Assembly (NCBI GenBank): GCA_030606485.1
Contig: JAUWGH010000004.1
Coordinates: 330,001-362,000 of the forward strand
Length of the DNA: 32,000 nt
Reading direction: 5' to 3'
Origin: Promethearchaeota archaeon
Lineage (GTDB): Archaea; Asgardarchaeota; Lokiarchaeia; Sigyniarchaeales; SOKP01
In this document: in pieces, positions 1-10,046 of the stretch
How the letters are laid out: each line of letters begins with the position of its first letter
How positions within the stretch are numbered: the stretch's first letter is position 1
Notes under the pieces: generated by a model
Database searches by the model: none
Told to the model about the DNA's origin: nothing
What the model saw: only the letters and a program-made list of their open reading frames with translations
Made by a program: the position numbers and the translations under genes

Positions 1-3000
1 AAGATTTTTGCAACAGATCTTTGTGCATTTATTGGAGTATCAGAAGAAAGTAGCTTTAAAAGAGTAGATAATAAATTTTTAATTCCAATTTTATTTATTA
101 ATTGAGAAACTGATATAACAGTTTTTTCTCGGACAGAATCTGATGGATCGTTAAGTAAGTCAACGATGTAAGGGAAAATTTCATCCAAATCTTCTAAACT
201 ATAAATTTTTATCAATTTGATTGAAGATTCCCGAACTCTTTCATCATTATCTCTTAAGTTTTTTGAAATTTTATTAAACGGAATTAATTTTGGGGATATA
301 TTCGGAATTTCAGTTAATATTTCCATTGAACTCCTGCGTACCCATTTTTGATCATCATCAAGCATTTTAATAAGTTGATTTAAAATGATATCATAATTCT
401 TGATATCTTTAATCAAATTTCCCAAACTTTTTATAACAGCATCTCTAACTACCCATTCATCATCAGATATTGAATCTATTAGTGCATTGGCTGCTTTATC
501 GGGAACTTTATGTCCAATATAAAATAAAACATTAGCTGCTGATTCCCGTACGAATGGTTCCTTATCTTTTAATAAATTGATGATAGGGTCAATAGGTATT
601 ATTTCGGGGGACTTTTTAGCAATATTGATAAGTGATTTAGATAAAGTTATTTTAACTGATTTTTCTTGTGCAATTATGGTGTTTAAAAAAACAGAAATTA
701 AAGGTTTAACGTAATTGGGCTTTCTAATCGCAATAATTGAGATAATCTTAGAAGCTTCTGTTTTAAATTGCTTATTTCCCTCAGTTTTTAAAATATTTAT
801 AAAGGGATCAATGCTTATTAAATCAATATAATCTTCTGCTAATTCAGATAATGAATTAATTGAAGTTAATTTAATATGTTCTAGATCTGAATTCAAATTT
901 ACTAATAATTTTGGGATAAAAAGTTTAGGATTTTCTTTAACGATATTAATTATAGTTTTGGTTATTATACCTTTTGTGATAAATTTTGCTGAGTCAGGGA
1001 TTGTTATCAATTTACTAAAAACCATCTCAGGATTTTGCTTTCCAATATTAATAATCATATTGGAAATGCTATTTTTTATCAGTTCATCATCTGATTTAAT
1101 ATATTTTAATAAAATATCTGTGATTTTTTCAGGATTTGTCTCCCAGATTTTTCCTAATAATCTAAGAATGCTATATTGAATTTCGAATTTTGATGAAGCC
1201 ATCTTACTTAATAAATAATCCAAATTAAGAGCGGTTGGAACTTCATCATGGTATTTTTCTAATGCTTTTATTGCAGAATTCCTAACTGCTTCATTAGGAT
1301 CTAAGAGACCATCTAAGAAAGGTTTTATTGGAATAAAATATTCTTTAAAATTCCCAATTTTAGCTATTGTAGTAAAAATTTCAGTCCTAACCTCTTTATT
1401 TGGGTCATTCATTAGGGATATTAATTCATTAACTGTACTTGAATCTAAATCGTCAATACTAATTCCTTGGAGAGAAAATGCTGCTGCAGCTCTTACATTC
1501 TTATTTGGATGCTTCAATTTTTCAATAACTAAGGCTAAAGGAAATTTTTTAGGGGATTTTATTAAAAATTTAAGCGTTTCTTCTTGAACCTTATAATCAG
1601 AATCTTGTAATAAATGTTCAAACTCTGTTAGTGCAATATAGTTTAAACTTTTGCTAGGAATTCTTGATAAAACCATAATTGCATAATATTTTATATGCCA
1701 TTCAGCATCTTTGATTAATGGTAAAAGAACATTGATTGGAATCTGACTTATTAAGTTTTCATTTGCTTTAATTAATGTTTCTAAGATGGGAATTTTCTTA
1801 TCATAATTTGGGCTTTTTAATCCTTCAATTATCCATGAAAGTATTGCATCTGGAGCATCATTTTCTAGTTGAACCAATATTTCAGTTGAAATTCTTTTAG
1901 AATTAGAACTAGGATCACATATACCATCAAATAATGCATTTTTATATTTATTACTTGTAAGGTCGATATCACCCTTCCGAGGTATTCTTTCAAACATTAA
2001 TTTTATTGTTTCCTCTGCATGATCCCGTATTCTTTTATCTGAATTTTTAATAAAATTGAATAAAGGGATAGGATCAAAAGTTTGCCCTGATTTTGTTATC
2101 ATTGAATATCTAAGATTTTGAGTAAATTCATTTTTTAAATTGATTATATAGAATAAAATAAAAGATAACAAAATAACCTCTTCAATAATTGCTGCTGGAA
2201 CAAATTCTATAAACCTAGTATTTATTGGTTGCGTGAAAATCCAAGAATTAAAAATATTTTCTAATTTATTAGCATTTACTATTAAAAAATTGATTAAAAC
2301 ATTTAAACCAACAGCTGCAATTAAATACCCTGCAAAATACACATCAATTCCTCTGTATTTAATTTTTCGCCCCCAAAATCTGGTAAAATAACCAATGATC
2401 CCAAAGATCAATACTATAATGACCATCCAAGCATAGGACATGGTTGATATTGCCATTGAACCCGAAAAGTAGTAATTTACAGTTTGTATAAATGAGATCC
2501 ATGTCCAAACAAATACAAATAACATAACTCCCAGAATAATTCTAGGGGCTGGATCTCTGCCAAATTCTTCCATAGAACGCTTACCATTTTCAAATCCTAG
2601 AAAGAAATATCTATTTAACTCAGGCAGATGATAATATACATTACTTATTCCAGCAACATACCCTTTTGCGCCGTAGAATGTTAAAATCATTAGGGGATAA
2701 ATTAACATCCATGACATCCAAATAATAACAACAGGACCATTTGTGATTAACCATATCATAATAGGGGGAAATAAAAAAAACATAAAATATAAAAGAACTG
2801 CAACAAGGAGAGAATAGGGTTTTGGAAATCGATTTATGATTTTTTTTCCAATAAATTCATGAAAAGGAGTTAAACCTTCACTCTTTTTCTCAGTCCATGC
2901 AATAAATATAAAATCAAAGAGGGGATACCCTGAAATATAAAAGAGACTTGCAATCATAGGAAGAATTAATACATAAGGTGGGATCTCTGGGGGTGATACT

Positions 3001-3254
3001 CCTGATTGCCAAAATTCAGGAGTTTCGATAATAAAAATAACAATCATTGCAATAATAGTTATTGTTGCTAATCCAAAGATTAAACCGTAAATAACACACA
3101 CAAACCGATCCAAAATTGAAAATTCTCCTTTTTTAACAATAGAAACCTGTTTGTATATAAGTAAAAATCCGAAAATACTCGTGCCAATGTAAAAAATTAA
3201 TAATAGAATGGAAATTTCATTCCATAAATTGAATAGATCTCCGAACACCCCCAT
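1..3254 (-). CDS. Large membrane-anchored HEAT-repeat (alpha-solenoid) protein, 3' end runs off the window (>1080 aa)
   Basis: Missing from the ORF track because there is no stop in the window. Manual translation from ATG 3254 (MGVFGDLFNLWNEISILLIFYIG...) gave no stop in any stretch I translated, and the frame is open at position 3. The first ~365 aa hold many hydrophobic segments. These are followed by HEAT-like units such as LLPLIKDAEWHIKYYAIMVL, LLQDSDYKVQEETLKFL, KLKHPNKNVRAAAAFSL, LMNDPNKEVRTEIF and LLDPNEAVRNSAIKAL. Confidence 0.85.
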   Translation of the reverse strand, partial: MGVFGDLFNLWNEISILLLIFYIGTSIFGFLLIYKQVSIVKKGEFSILDRFVCVIYGLIFGLATITIIAMIVIFIIETPEFWQSGVSPPEIPPYVLILPMIASLFYISGYPLFDFIFIAWTEKKSEGLTPFHEFIGKKIINRFPKPYSLLVAVLLYFMFFLFPPIMIWLITNGPVVIIWMSWMLIYPLMILTFYGAKGYVAGISNVYYHLPELNRYFFLGFENGKRSMEEFGRDPAPRIILGVMLFVFVWTWISFIQTVNYYFSGSMAISTMSYAWMVIIVLIFGIIGYFTRFWGRKIKYRGIDVYFAGYLIAAVGLNVLINFLIVNANKLENIFNSWIFTQPINTRFIEFVPAAIIEEVILLSFILFYIINLKNEFTQNLRYSMITKSGQTFDPIPLFNFIKNSDKRIRDHAEETIKLMFERIPRKGDIDLTSNKYKNALFDGICDPSSNSKRISTEILVQLENDAPDAILSWIIEGLKSPNYDKKIPILETLIKANENLISQIPINVLLPLIKDAEWHIKYYAIMVLSRIPSKSLNYIALTEFEHLLQDSDYKVQEETLKFLIKSPKKFPLALVIEKLKHPNKNVRAAAAFSLQGISIDDLDSSTVNELISLMNDPNKEVRTEIFTTIAKIGNFKEYFIPIKPFLDGLLDPNEAVRNSAIKALEKYHDEVPTALNLDYLLSKMASSKFEIQYSILRLLGKIWETNPEKITDILLKYIKSDDELIKNSISNMIINIGKQNPEMVFSKLITIPDSAKFITKGIITKTIINIVKENPKLFIPKLLVNLNSDLEHIKLTSINSLSELAEDYIDLISIDPFINILKTEGNKQFKTEASKIISIIAIRKPNYVKPLISVFLNTIIAQEKSVKITLSKSLINIAKKSPEIIPIDPIINLLKDKEPFVRESAANVLFYIGHKVPDKAANALIDSISDDEWVVRDAVIKSLGNLIKDIKNYDIILNQLIKMLDDDQKWVRRSSMEILTEIPNISPKLIPFNKISKNLRDNDERVRESSIKLIKIYSLEDLDEIFPYIVDLLNDPSDSVREKTVISVSQLINKIGIKNLLSTLLKLLSSDTPINAQRSVAKI

Positions 3255-3436
3255 ATTAGACACTTTAAATTTTAAAATAATTAATTAATTTTCTAATTAA
3301 ATTTTATTTTATATTGATATTTTAATATTTAATTTTTAAAAAGTAATGAATCTTATTTTTTTAATATACGGCAAGTTATAATTTATTTGTGAAATTTTCT
3401 TAAGAATTGACAATCTTATTGAGTTAGTATATTAGA

Positions 3437-3988
3437 ATGCTAAAATTAGAAACAGAGATCAGCTTATATTTAGAGAGATTGAAAATTATTTTTTTAAATA
3501 AAATGATAGTTGTAGAATGTATTAAAGATTGTGACCGAATTAATTTATTTAGTGAAAATATTGGACCTTTCAAAAGAGGACGAACTTATAAACTACCGTT
3601 TTGGAAAATTAAGCCCTTTTTTGAAAGAAATTATTTTAAAATTCAGTCAAAGAATGAGATTAATAGTTCTTTAATTCAACAATTTGCTGAAAATGAACGA
3701 GATAATACAAAATTAGTAAAAAGACAAAATGATTTCTTTATAGAGATTAAAGAACTTAAAAGATTGATTAAAAATAAAATTGAGAATAGAATATATCCTA
3801 AAGAAGAATTAATTAAATATCAATTGCATTTAGAATTTTTACTGCATCAAAGAATCTCAAAAATTGAAAAGTTAGCTACTAGTACACCATCAATTGAAAT
3901 AATGGGAAGATTAACTGATACAGAAGAGATATTATTTGAGGGATTTAGAAGCTTAATAAAAGATTTTAAAGAATTTTTATTAGATTAA
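3437..3988 (+). CDS. GINS complex subunit (B-domain then A-domain order, Gins23/Psf2-like); probable start ATG 3503
   Basis: N-terminal beta-rich B-domain pattern IVVECIKDCDRINLF..IGPFKRGRTYKLPFWK, followed by a helical A-domain ending RISKIEKLA...LTDTEEILFEGFRSLIKDF. Confidence 0.75.
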   Translation: MLKLETEISLYLERLKIIFLNKMIVVECIKDCDRINLFSENIGPFKRGRTYKLPFWKIKPFFERNYFKIQSKNEINSSLIQQFAENERDNTKLVKRQNDFFIEIKELKRLIKNKIENRIYPKEELIKYQLHLEFLLHQRISKIEKLATSTPSIEIMGRLTDTEEILFEGFRSLIKDFKEFLLD

Positions 3989-4047
3989 ATCTAAAATTTT
4001 ATTCTTTTTTTATTGCAATATTAATTTATATGTCCCTTTTTCTGTTC

Positions 4048-6735
4048 TTATTCAATGAAATCATAGTAGTCAATAATTTTAACAATTAATTTTAACAGCC
4101 ACGTTGGAATCAAACTGCTTCCATAATCTAATAACATTAGATGATCACTTTCTTTTGAATGTAATCCATTTTCAAAGTCAGAAAAATACAAGCCTCCACT
4201 AGCTTTTGGTGGACGCCCAAAACTTTCACACAACTTCCAAGGTACGACAAGATCAGTTGTTATATTCCAATTCTCTAAATTTTTTCGTGTAGCAACCCAA
4301 CTTGAATCGCTATAAATTTGTAATTTTTCCCCAGTTATTAAAAGGATCTCTCCGAATACATTAATTGGCCCAATACCTTTGATATAATCAACATTTTTTA
4401 TTCCAATTACATTTTTTCCAATCTTTAGAAATTTTCCAATATTTAATATTCGGATATTATTTTCTAGCATGTTATAATTAAATGATTGTCGAGAAATGAC
4501 GTATCCAAGATATTCTCCATTAATATATACTTCGGAGAAACATCCAGCAATAACTTGCAAAAAGGCACTCTTAATTTCCTCTTTAATCTCAATTATCTTT
4601 TTAAAATAAGTAGGACTACTTCTTGCCCTTTTTGCTTCTATTTTCTTTTTTTCTTTAAGTGACTTAACAAAATAGCTATTAAAACTTCTTGTTTTTCTAA
4701 CTTTCAAGTAAATCCATTCACTTGGAATATTAGGATTTTCCCATTCAATACCTTTTTTTATTTGTTCAATTTTATCATCATAAAATCTTGCCAGCCAATA
4801 ATAATTATTTTTTAAAGTTGTGAAACAATCAGATTTCGCACTTTTTAACCATAAATACTCATAATCTTTGAATAAACTAATAATATCATCTTTTAATTCC
4901 GCAATCTCTTTATGTATTTTAGTAATTTTCTCTTTTTTTGCTTTTTTAAGATTGAGTTTAACTAATTTTTTTGAATTTATTTGTTTCTTACAGAAGAATT
5001 GTATTTGTTTCGCAACAAATCTTAAATTTTTAATATTTATTTTATTTTTCAATACAATATTCTCTAAATCAGAACAATATTCAATTATTTTATCCATATC
5101 ATTTATTATATCATTAAAGTCCTTTATCTTTCTAGTTCTCATATATTTTGATGAATTTTTTCCATAAGGATGGCTAAAAAATTTATTATAAAACCTTTTC
5201 CATCTAAAATGTAGTAATTTTTCATCTTGAATTCTTCGAAATATATCAATAATTTCTTTAATTCTATCATCATATAATCCAAAGAAATGAAGTATGAGTT
5301 TTTTCCAAAATTCTTCTAAAATAATTTCTTTTCCTGGGTTCCATGCAACTTCTGCAGAAAGGATAAATCCATACAATCGATTTTCTCTAATTTCTTTATT
5401 TCGGTAATCACCCCATGCAGATGTGATTTCACCTAACATTCCTCCCAATTCATAACCATATTTTATGAGATTGATAATATTTTTTTCAAAACTTGATATT
5501 GACGGGAATGGACGATTATAATCCCAAATTGAAGGACTTACAATAAATGGAAGATCAAAACTTTTTATCTTATCCAAAATTTTGTGCTTTTTTCTTTTAT
5601 CATATTTCCAGTACATTATAATCATATCTTTGGGAAGATCTTCGAGTACTTCTGGATATTTATAGAGAATATCATGATAAATAATCACATATTTATTCCC
5701 ATATTTCTTCACAGTATCGTATATCTTGTTATAATGATTAAGATAAGCCTGAGCAATACCGATCTCTTCTACGTACTCAGAAGATGCCCCTTTTCCTACA
5801 TCCCAACTCTCATCAGCAGCTATATGGAAATATTCTGTATCAAATACATCGCTTAACTCTCCGATCATGTCATCTAACAATGGATATATTTCTTCATTAC
5901 TGATATTTAAACTATTAGAGCCGGGAAATTCCCCATATTTCCAATAATTTTTATTAATTAAGATATTTTCCCAATGACCAATTGTTTGAAATATTGGAAT
6001 TACTTCAACAAAATGTTTTTTTGCATATTGAGATACTTCTTTAATTTCTTCTTTAGAATAAGATCCACGATTTTTGCCAATTTCAGGGTGATTTCGAAAT
6101 TTAAACATATCTTGCATATATACGAGATAATATTGATTAATCTTAAAATGGCTTAATTCCAGAATAAAACGTTTAAGATTTTCAACAGTTGGGGCCTGAC
6201 CTCGTGAAATATCATCTGAAATCCCCCTAATTAGCAGTAAAGGATAATCAATTATGCCAAACTCAGGAAAAATTAACTTATTTTCTCCACAATTTAATAG
6301 TTGAATAAAGGTTTGAACTCCATAAAATATTCCTTGAGCACTTTCGGCTTGGATAATTAATTTATTATTTAATGTGTTTAGAGTATATCCTTGTTGTAAG
6401 AAATTATCTTGATTTATTATTTGATTAATATTTATATCTAAAAATGCTTCTTGAAGAAAAATTGAATTCTCATTATCATTTTTTAATTTTTGAACCTTAA
6501 TTATTTCTAAATTTTCAGATAAACCAAATTCAATTAATTTATCTTGGAGCTGTGAAATGACGTGCTTAAACTCCTCTGGTAAATTAGTTTTAACCTGTGA
6601 ATTAGAAGTAATTTTATTATATTTTTTAAAAATCTTTATGAATTGCGGTTCAGGTAATATTTTTATTTCATTTAAATTAAAATCTGAAGTTTTTTTAATT
6701 GAATCTATTATTAAGAACATTTCTTTCAGTTGCAA
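4048..6735 (-). CDS. Glycoside hydrolase family 20 (beta-N-acetylhexosaminidase-like) with a C-terminal beta-sandwich domain; probable start ATG 6720
   Basis: QGYTL...[21 protein letters not shown] (GH20b domain), [29 protein letters not shown], and catalytic FHIAADE. The C-terminal [10 protein letters not shown] segment is typical of glycosidase accessory domains. No obvious signal peptide. Confidence 0.88.
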   Translation of the reverse strand: MQLKEMFLIIDSIKKTSDFNLNEIKILPEPQFIKIFKKYNKITSNSQVKTNLPEEFKHVISQLQDKLIEFGLSENLEIIKVQKLKNDNENSIFLQEAFLDININQIINQDNFLQQGYTLNTLNNKLIIQAESAQGIFYGVQTFIQLLNCGENKLIFPEFGIIDYPLLLIRGISDDISRGQAPTVENLKRFILELSHFKINQYYLVYMQDMFKFRNHPEIGKNRGSYSKEEIKEVSQYAKKHFVEVIPIFQTIGHWENILINKNYWKYGEFPGSNSLNISNEEIYPLLDDMIGELSDVFDTEYFHIAADESWDVGKGASSEYVEEIGIAQAYLNHYNKIYDTVKKYGNKYVIIYHDILYKYPEVLEDLPKDMIIMYWKYDKRKKHKILDKIKSFDLPFIVSPSIWDYNRPFPSISSFEKNIINLIKYGYELGGMLGEITSAWGDYRNKEIRENRLYGFILSAEVAWNPGKEIILEEFWKKLILHFFGLYDDRIKEIIDIFRRIQDEKLLHFRWKRFYNKFFSHPYGKNSSKYMRTRKIKDFNDIINDMDKIIEYCSDLENIVLKNKINIKNLRFVAKQIQFFCKKQINSKKLVKLNLKKAKKEKITKIHKEIAELKDDIISLFKDYEYLWLKSAKSDCFTTLKNNYYWLARFYDDKIEQIKKGIEWENPNIPSEWIYLKVRKTRSFNSYFVKSLKEKKKIEAKRARSSPTYFKKIIEIKEEIKSAFLQVIAGCFSEVYINGEYLGYVISRQSFNYNMLENNIRILNIGKFLKIGKNVIGIKNVDYIKGIGPINVFGEILLITGEKLQIYSDSSWVATRKNLENWNITTDLVVPWKLCESFGRPPKASGGLYFSDFENGLHSKESDHLMLLDYGSSLIPTWLLKLIVKIIDYYDFIE

Positions 6736-6775
6736 TTTTAAGTTGATCTATTAAACAAAATTTAAAACTTAATCC

Positions 6776-6949
6776 ATGGAAAAAAATTTTTCTAATATTA
6801 AATATTATATTACTTTAATGGAAGAAGTACTTATAGACATATTTTTAATTAAGGAAAAAGGTGCTTGGGGTGCATTTAAACCAACACAAAATGAAATAGT
6901 TAATGAGACCGTAGAGAAAATTGAAAATATCTGTAAAATGATCGAATAA
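6776..6949 (+). CDS. Possible 57-aa small protein or gene remnant
   Basis: Manual translation MEKNFSNIKYYITLMEEVLIDIFLIKEKGAWGAFKPTQNEIVNETVEKIENICKMIE, below the ORF-track length cutoff. No family recognised. Confidence 0.3.
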   Translation: MEKNFSNIKYYITLMEEVLIDIFLIKEKGAWGAFKPTQNEIVNETVEKIENICKMIE

Positions 6950-6995
6950 ATTAATCAATTATTTTCTTATAATTTAATTAATCTATTTTTATCTC

Positions 6996-7289
6996 TTATT
7001 TTAGTTTGATTAATTTTTCAGTTAAATCGATTTTATAATAATTAGCAGTACATATTATTGTAATAACTAGATCCGCTAATTCCATACCAAGATCTCCCTT
7101 AACTTGATTAGATTTGGGTGTTTTATTTTTTTTTATAATATTAATTTCACGCTAAATCTCGCCCAATTCTTCAAGAATAGCAGCTAACATTGAAAGAGGT
7201 GGCCAATATCCGCCACCTTCATTGATAATCCAATCATCAATTTCTTTTTGAAGGTTTGAAATAGTAAAATCTTTAGAAAATGAGCTCAT
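6996..7289 (-). pseudogene. Disrupted MazG-like nucleotide pyrophosphohydrolase (YpjD type)
   Basis: Translation MSSFSKDFTISNLQKEIDDWIINEGGGYWPPLSMLAAILEELGEI*REIN...GDLGMELADLVITIICTANYYKIDL matches the YpjD pattern (Q.EVD..I...GYF.PL.M.A.L.EELGELAREVN...E.GD......LAN). In-frame TAG at 7152-7154. The RDK.R-like C-terminus (IRDKNR) is in a different frame. Confidence 0.8.
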
Positions 7290-7498
7290 ATTTAATTAAG
7301 TTATGGGAATTTTTAAAAAATTAACTAAGATTTTAAATTTTTCCTTAAAATTTTTGATAAAGAATTAGTTCATTAATCATCCAAATTCTCTGTATATTCC
7401 AAGATTAGTAAGAAAAATAATAAATTTAAGAATAATCTTCGAATTTTTTTCTTTAGAGTTTCTTTACGAAACTTTAAAGAATTTTTAATTTTAACGTT

Positions 7499-7861
7499 TT
7501 AAGGTTCTAAAGAGATCCAAGTAAATAAATTAAATATTACAACAGTAAAATTATTTTTCTGTGTTATTTGAGCTGTAAATCTCCCGGTGATTATTTTCTT
7601 TGATAGTTTTAAATCCCATGCAGAGAAAGCTCCATGATAATAGCCCTCTTTGAGATTAATTAAAATTGATCCTGGTTTTATTAAAATTTGGTATAAACCA
7701 TCTTCGAAGAAATATTTTCTTTTTTTCATCAGAGAATCGATGTTTTTCATAATAAGTTTATTTAAATCTTTATATTCTCCCTCTTCAAGTATGTTATTTA
7801 ATTCTAATTCAAAAATTTTTTGAACAGAAGTATTTAACATGAGACTAATTTTAATTTTCAC
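7499..7861 (-). CDS. Hypothetical protein, 120 aa
   Basis: ORF track; protein-like composition; no family recognised. Confidence 0.45.
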   Translation of the reverse strand: MKIKISLMLNTSVQKIFELELNNILEEGEYKDLNKLIMKNIDSLMKKRKYFFEDGLYQILIKPGSILINLKEGYYHGAFSAWDLKLSKKIITGRFTAQITQKNNFTVVIFNLFTWISLEP

Positions 7862-8189
7862 AAAAATATCTTAATAGACCCGACAAAATTAGTAGTAAAT
7901 AATAAGAAAATTTAATGCTTTTAGTTAAATTCAAACTTTTTTTTTGTGTAATTTTAATCTCGAATTCAGAAAAAATAGAGATTTTTATATTTTGTTTTTA
8001 AAAAAATTAAGACACAAGATAAATAATTTTATGGAATTAATTAAATTCAAATTCTAACTAAATAAAAATGCGGAAAAAATTTGCAATCTGAACAAAAATT
8101 AATCAGATAGAAAAAATTTTTAAGAATATAGAATATTGACAACTTCTAAATGCTAAAACGAGTGAAAGTTCCCTTAGCTTAATTAAAAA

Positions 8190-9263
8190 ATGGGATGGAG
8201 AGAAGATATGAAAACGTTCAATCCATTAAATTTACAATTTGATAAAATTAATGAAAAAAAAGGAACCTTAACGTTTAGAATTTCAAAAAGCAATCTAATG
8301 GATACTTTTTTACAAAATATATTGATACTTGATATTCAAGTTGGAGATTCGAGATTTTTTCTGCATCGAAATAAAAACTTTGATTTAATTTTTATCCACT
8401 GGAGCACAAGAAGGGGGATAAGAGTGGCAAGGGTGAATATTTGGGGATTAAATCTTAATAAGGGTCTATTTATTTCTTTAACTTGGTCGGAAGAAGAGAA
8501 TAAACTATATGTTGGTGAACAAGGTGGGTTAAATTTAAAATACAATAAAGCAGAACAAAGAAAGGGAATAATAAGGAAAGGAATAAATGGTGAATTATAC
8601 AAAATAGGAGATGAAGGTGTAGATGTGGCATGGTATCACATAAGGGAAGATTCTCGCGATATTCTAATACCAACTGCAAAGGAAATATGGGAGTTCAAAA
8701 TTAAAAGAATTAATATCATTATCGAAGGTTGCAAGTCAAAAAATTTTCTTTTTGAATCGACACTTGTCCTACAGTGTCTAGTGATGTTAGTAACAGGCTT
8801 TGAAGTTTTCACACAAAAGAGATTCATAGAGATAGAAAAAGAAGGTAATATACCGAATATTAAGTCTTTAATGAACGATTTTGCTAGGGACAAATATACA
8901 AAAGACAAAGTGAAAGATTATGCAGAATCAACTGGTAAATCCCTTTTGGAAAGTATGCTTGAATTACGGAATGGGAGAGGTTTAATAAATTTCCAGAATT
9001 GGAGAAACTGTAAAAGGGCGTATAACAGGGCATATGGAATAATATTTGGAGAATTATTTCCCTTAGAAAGTAAAATATTTGAAAATATAAAAAAATATTT
9101 TGAATGGAGGCATAAAATAATCCATTCGAAAGTGGATATGACAATATTAAATTTTGATAAAGTCCCTGAAGAAGAACCAATTTTTGCCAAAAAAGAGTTT
9201 ATTAAACAAGTAAGAGATGATTTTATTAAGCTTATTAATAAATTACATGAATATATTGTTTAA
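8190..9263 (+). CDS. Putative HEPN-domain RNase fused to an N-terminal beta-rich (LamG/ConA-like) domain
   Basis: C-terminal helical region with LVMLVTGFEVF, FQNW..CKRAY and an R-X4-H motif RHKIIH (9108-9125). The N-terminal part has KGTLTFRI...LFISLTWSEEENKLYVG, resembling LamG strands. Confidence 0.65.
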   Translation: MGWREDMKTFNPLNLQFDKINEKKGTLTFRISKSNLMDTFLQNILILDIQVGDSRFFLHRNKNFDLIFIHWSTRRGIRVARVNIWGLNLNKGLFISLTWSEEENKLYVGEQGGLNLKYNKAEQRKGIIRKGINGELYKIGDEGVDVAWYHIREDSRDILIPTAKEIWEFKIKRINIIIEGCKSKNFLFESTLVLQCLVMLVTGFEVFTQKRFIEIEKEGNIPNIKSLMNDFARDKYTKDKVKDYAESTGKSLLESMLELRNGRGLINFQNWRNCKRAYNRAYGIIFGELFPLESKIFENIKKYFEWRHKIIHSKVDMTILNFDKVPEEEPIFAKKEFIKQVRDDFIKLINKLHEYIV

Positions 9264-9572
9264 AAATAACTTATTCTTTGGAAAAATTTATCTAACTTAG
9301 TATTTTGAGTTCTTCACGATTTTCTACATTTTATCCAAATTCTACTTTCTATAACCTGATCTGCTAAATTTTTTATTCTATTTTTTTTCCAAGTTCAAAA
9401 AATGAAAATTAGAAATTCAATTAGCCTAAAGATTTTAAATATTTTTGACCTTAAATTTTTTTTATTCATTCTACATTCTGGCAAAATCTTTTTATATGAG
9501 AAAAAATATATATTTTATACTAATATATATTAAAAAGAAATTAATACAAAAAAAAAATATATATTAATTAAA

Positions 9573-10043
9573 ATGTTATCAAATAATAAACTAAAAAGAG
9601 TCCTTAAAAATAACGGTGCCGAAAATATTGCAGAAGAATCAATTAACTTAATTAACGAAATTGTTTCCAAAATTTCGGAAGAAATAACTTTAATTGCTGT
9701 TAAATTAACCCATTTCAAAGGTACAAAAACATTACAGAAGGATGCAATAAAAGTGAGTTTAAAAACCTTTCTGGGAAGAGATCCAAAAAAATTGGAAGTC
9801 AAAACATTCAATATTTCAAATATTAGAAATATTTTAGCGAAAAGTGGTGCAAAAAGGGTTTCAAAAGAAGCTATTGATTATATGAATAAAGTAATCACAT
9901 GGATTGCCGAAGAAATTGCACTAAACGCTGTTATTTTGACACATACAAACCAAAAAAAATTAGTAGAAGAGGACTCAATAAAATTCGGTTCTCAAAAGTT
10001 TCTAGGTAAAGATATAGAACAAAACAATGTGGAGAGTGTTTAA
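9573..10043 (+). CDS. Tandem (doublet) histone-fold protein, divergent
   Basis: Two internal repeats align with archaeal HMf histones: KRVLKNNGAENIAEES...EEITLIAVKLTH..GTKTLQKDAI and RNILAKSGAKRVSKEA...EEIALNAVILTH..KKLVEEDSI. Both end in FLG. Confidence 0.85.
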   Translation: MLSNNKLKRVLKNNGAENIAEESINLINEIVSKISEEITLIAVKLTHFKGTKTLQKDAIKVSLKTFLGRDPKKLEVKTFNISNIRNILAKSGAKRVSKEAIDYMNKVITWIAEEIALNAVILTHTNQKKLVEEDSIKFGSQKFLGKDIEQNNVESV

Positions 10044-10046
10044 AAA

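Noticed and set aside
7152-7154. Pyrrolysine or other amber read-through in the MazG-like gene
   Set aside because: The gene has a second lesion near its 3' end, many genes in the window end in TAG, and no pyl genes are visible here.
9480-9572. Specific BRE/TATA promoter for the histone/SMC operon
   Set aside because: Several TATATA-like tracts are present, but the background is so AT-rich that none can be singled out without transcription start data.
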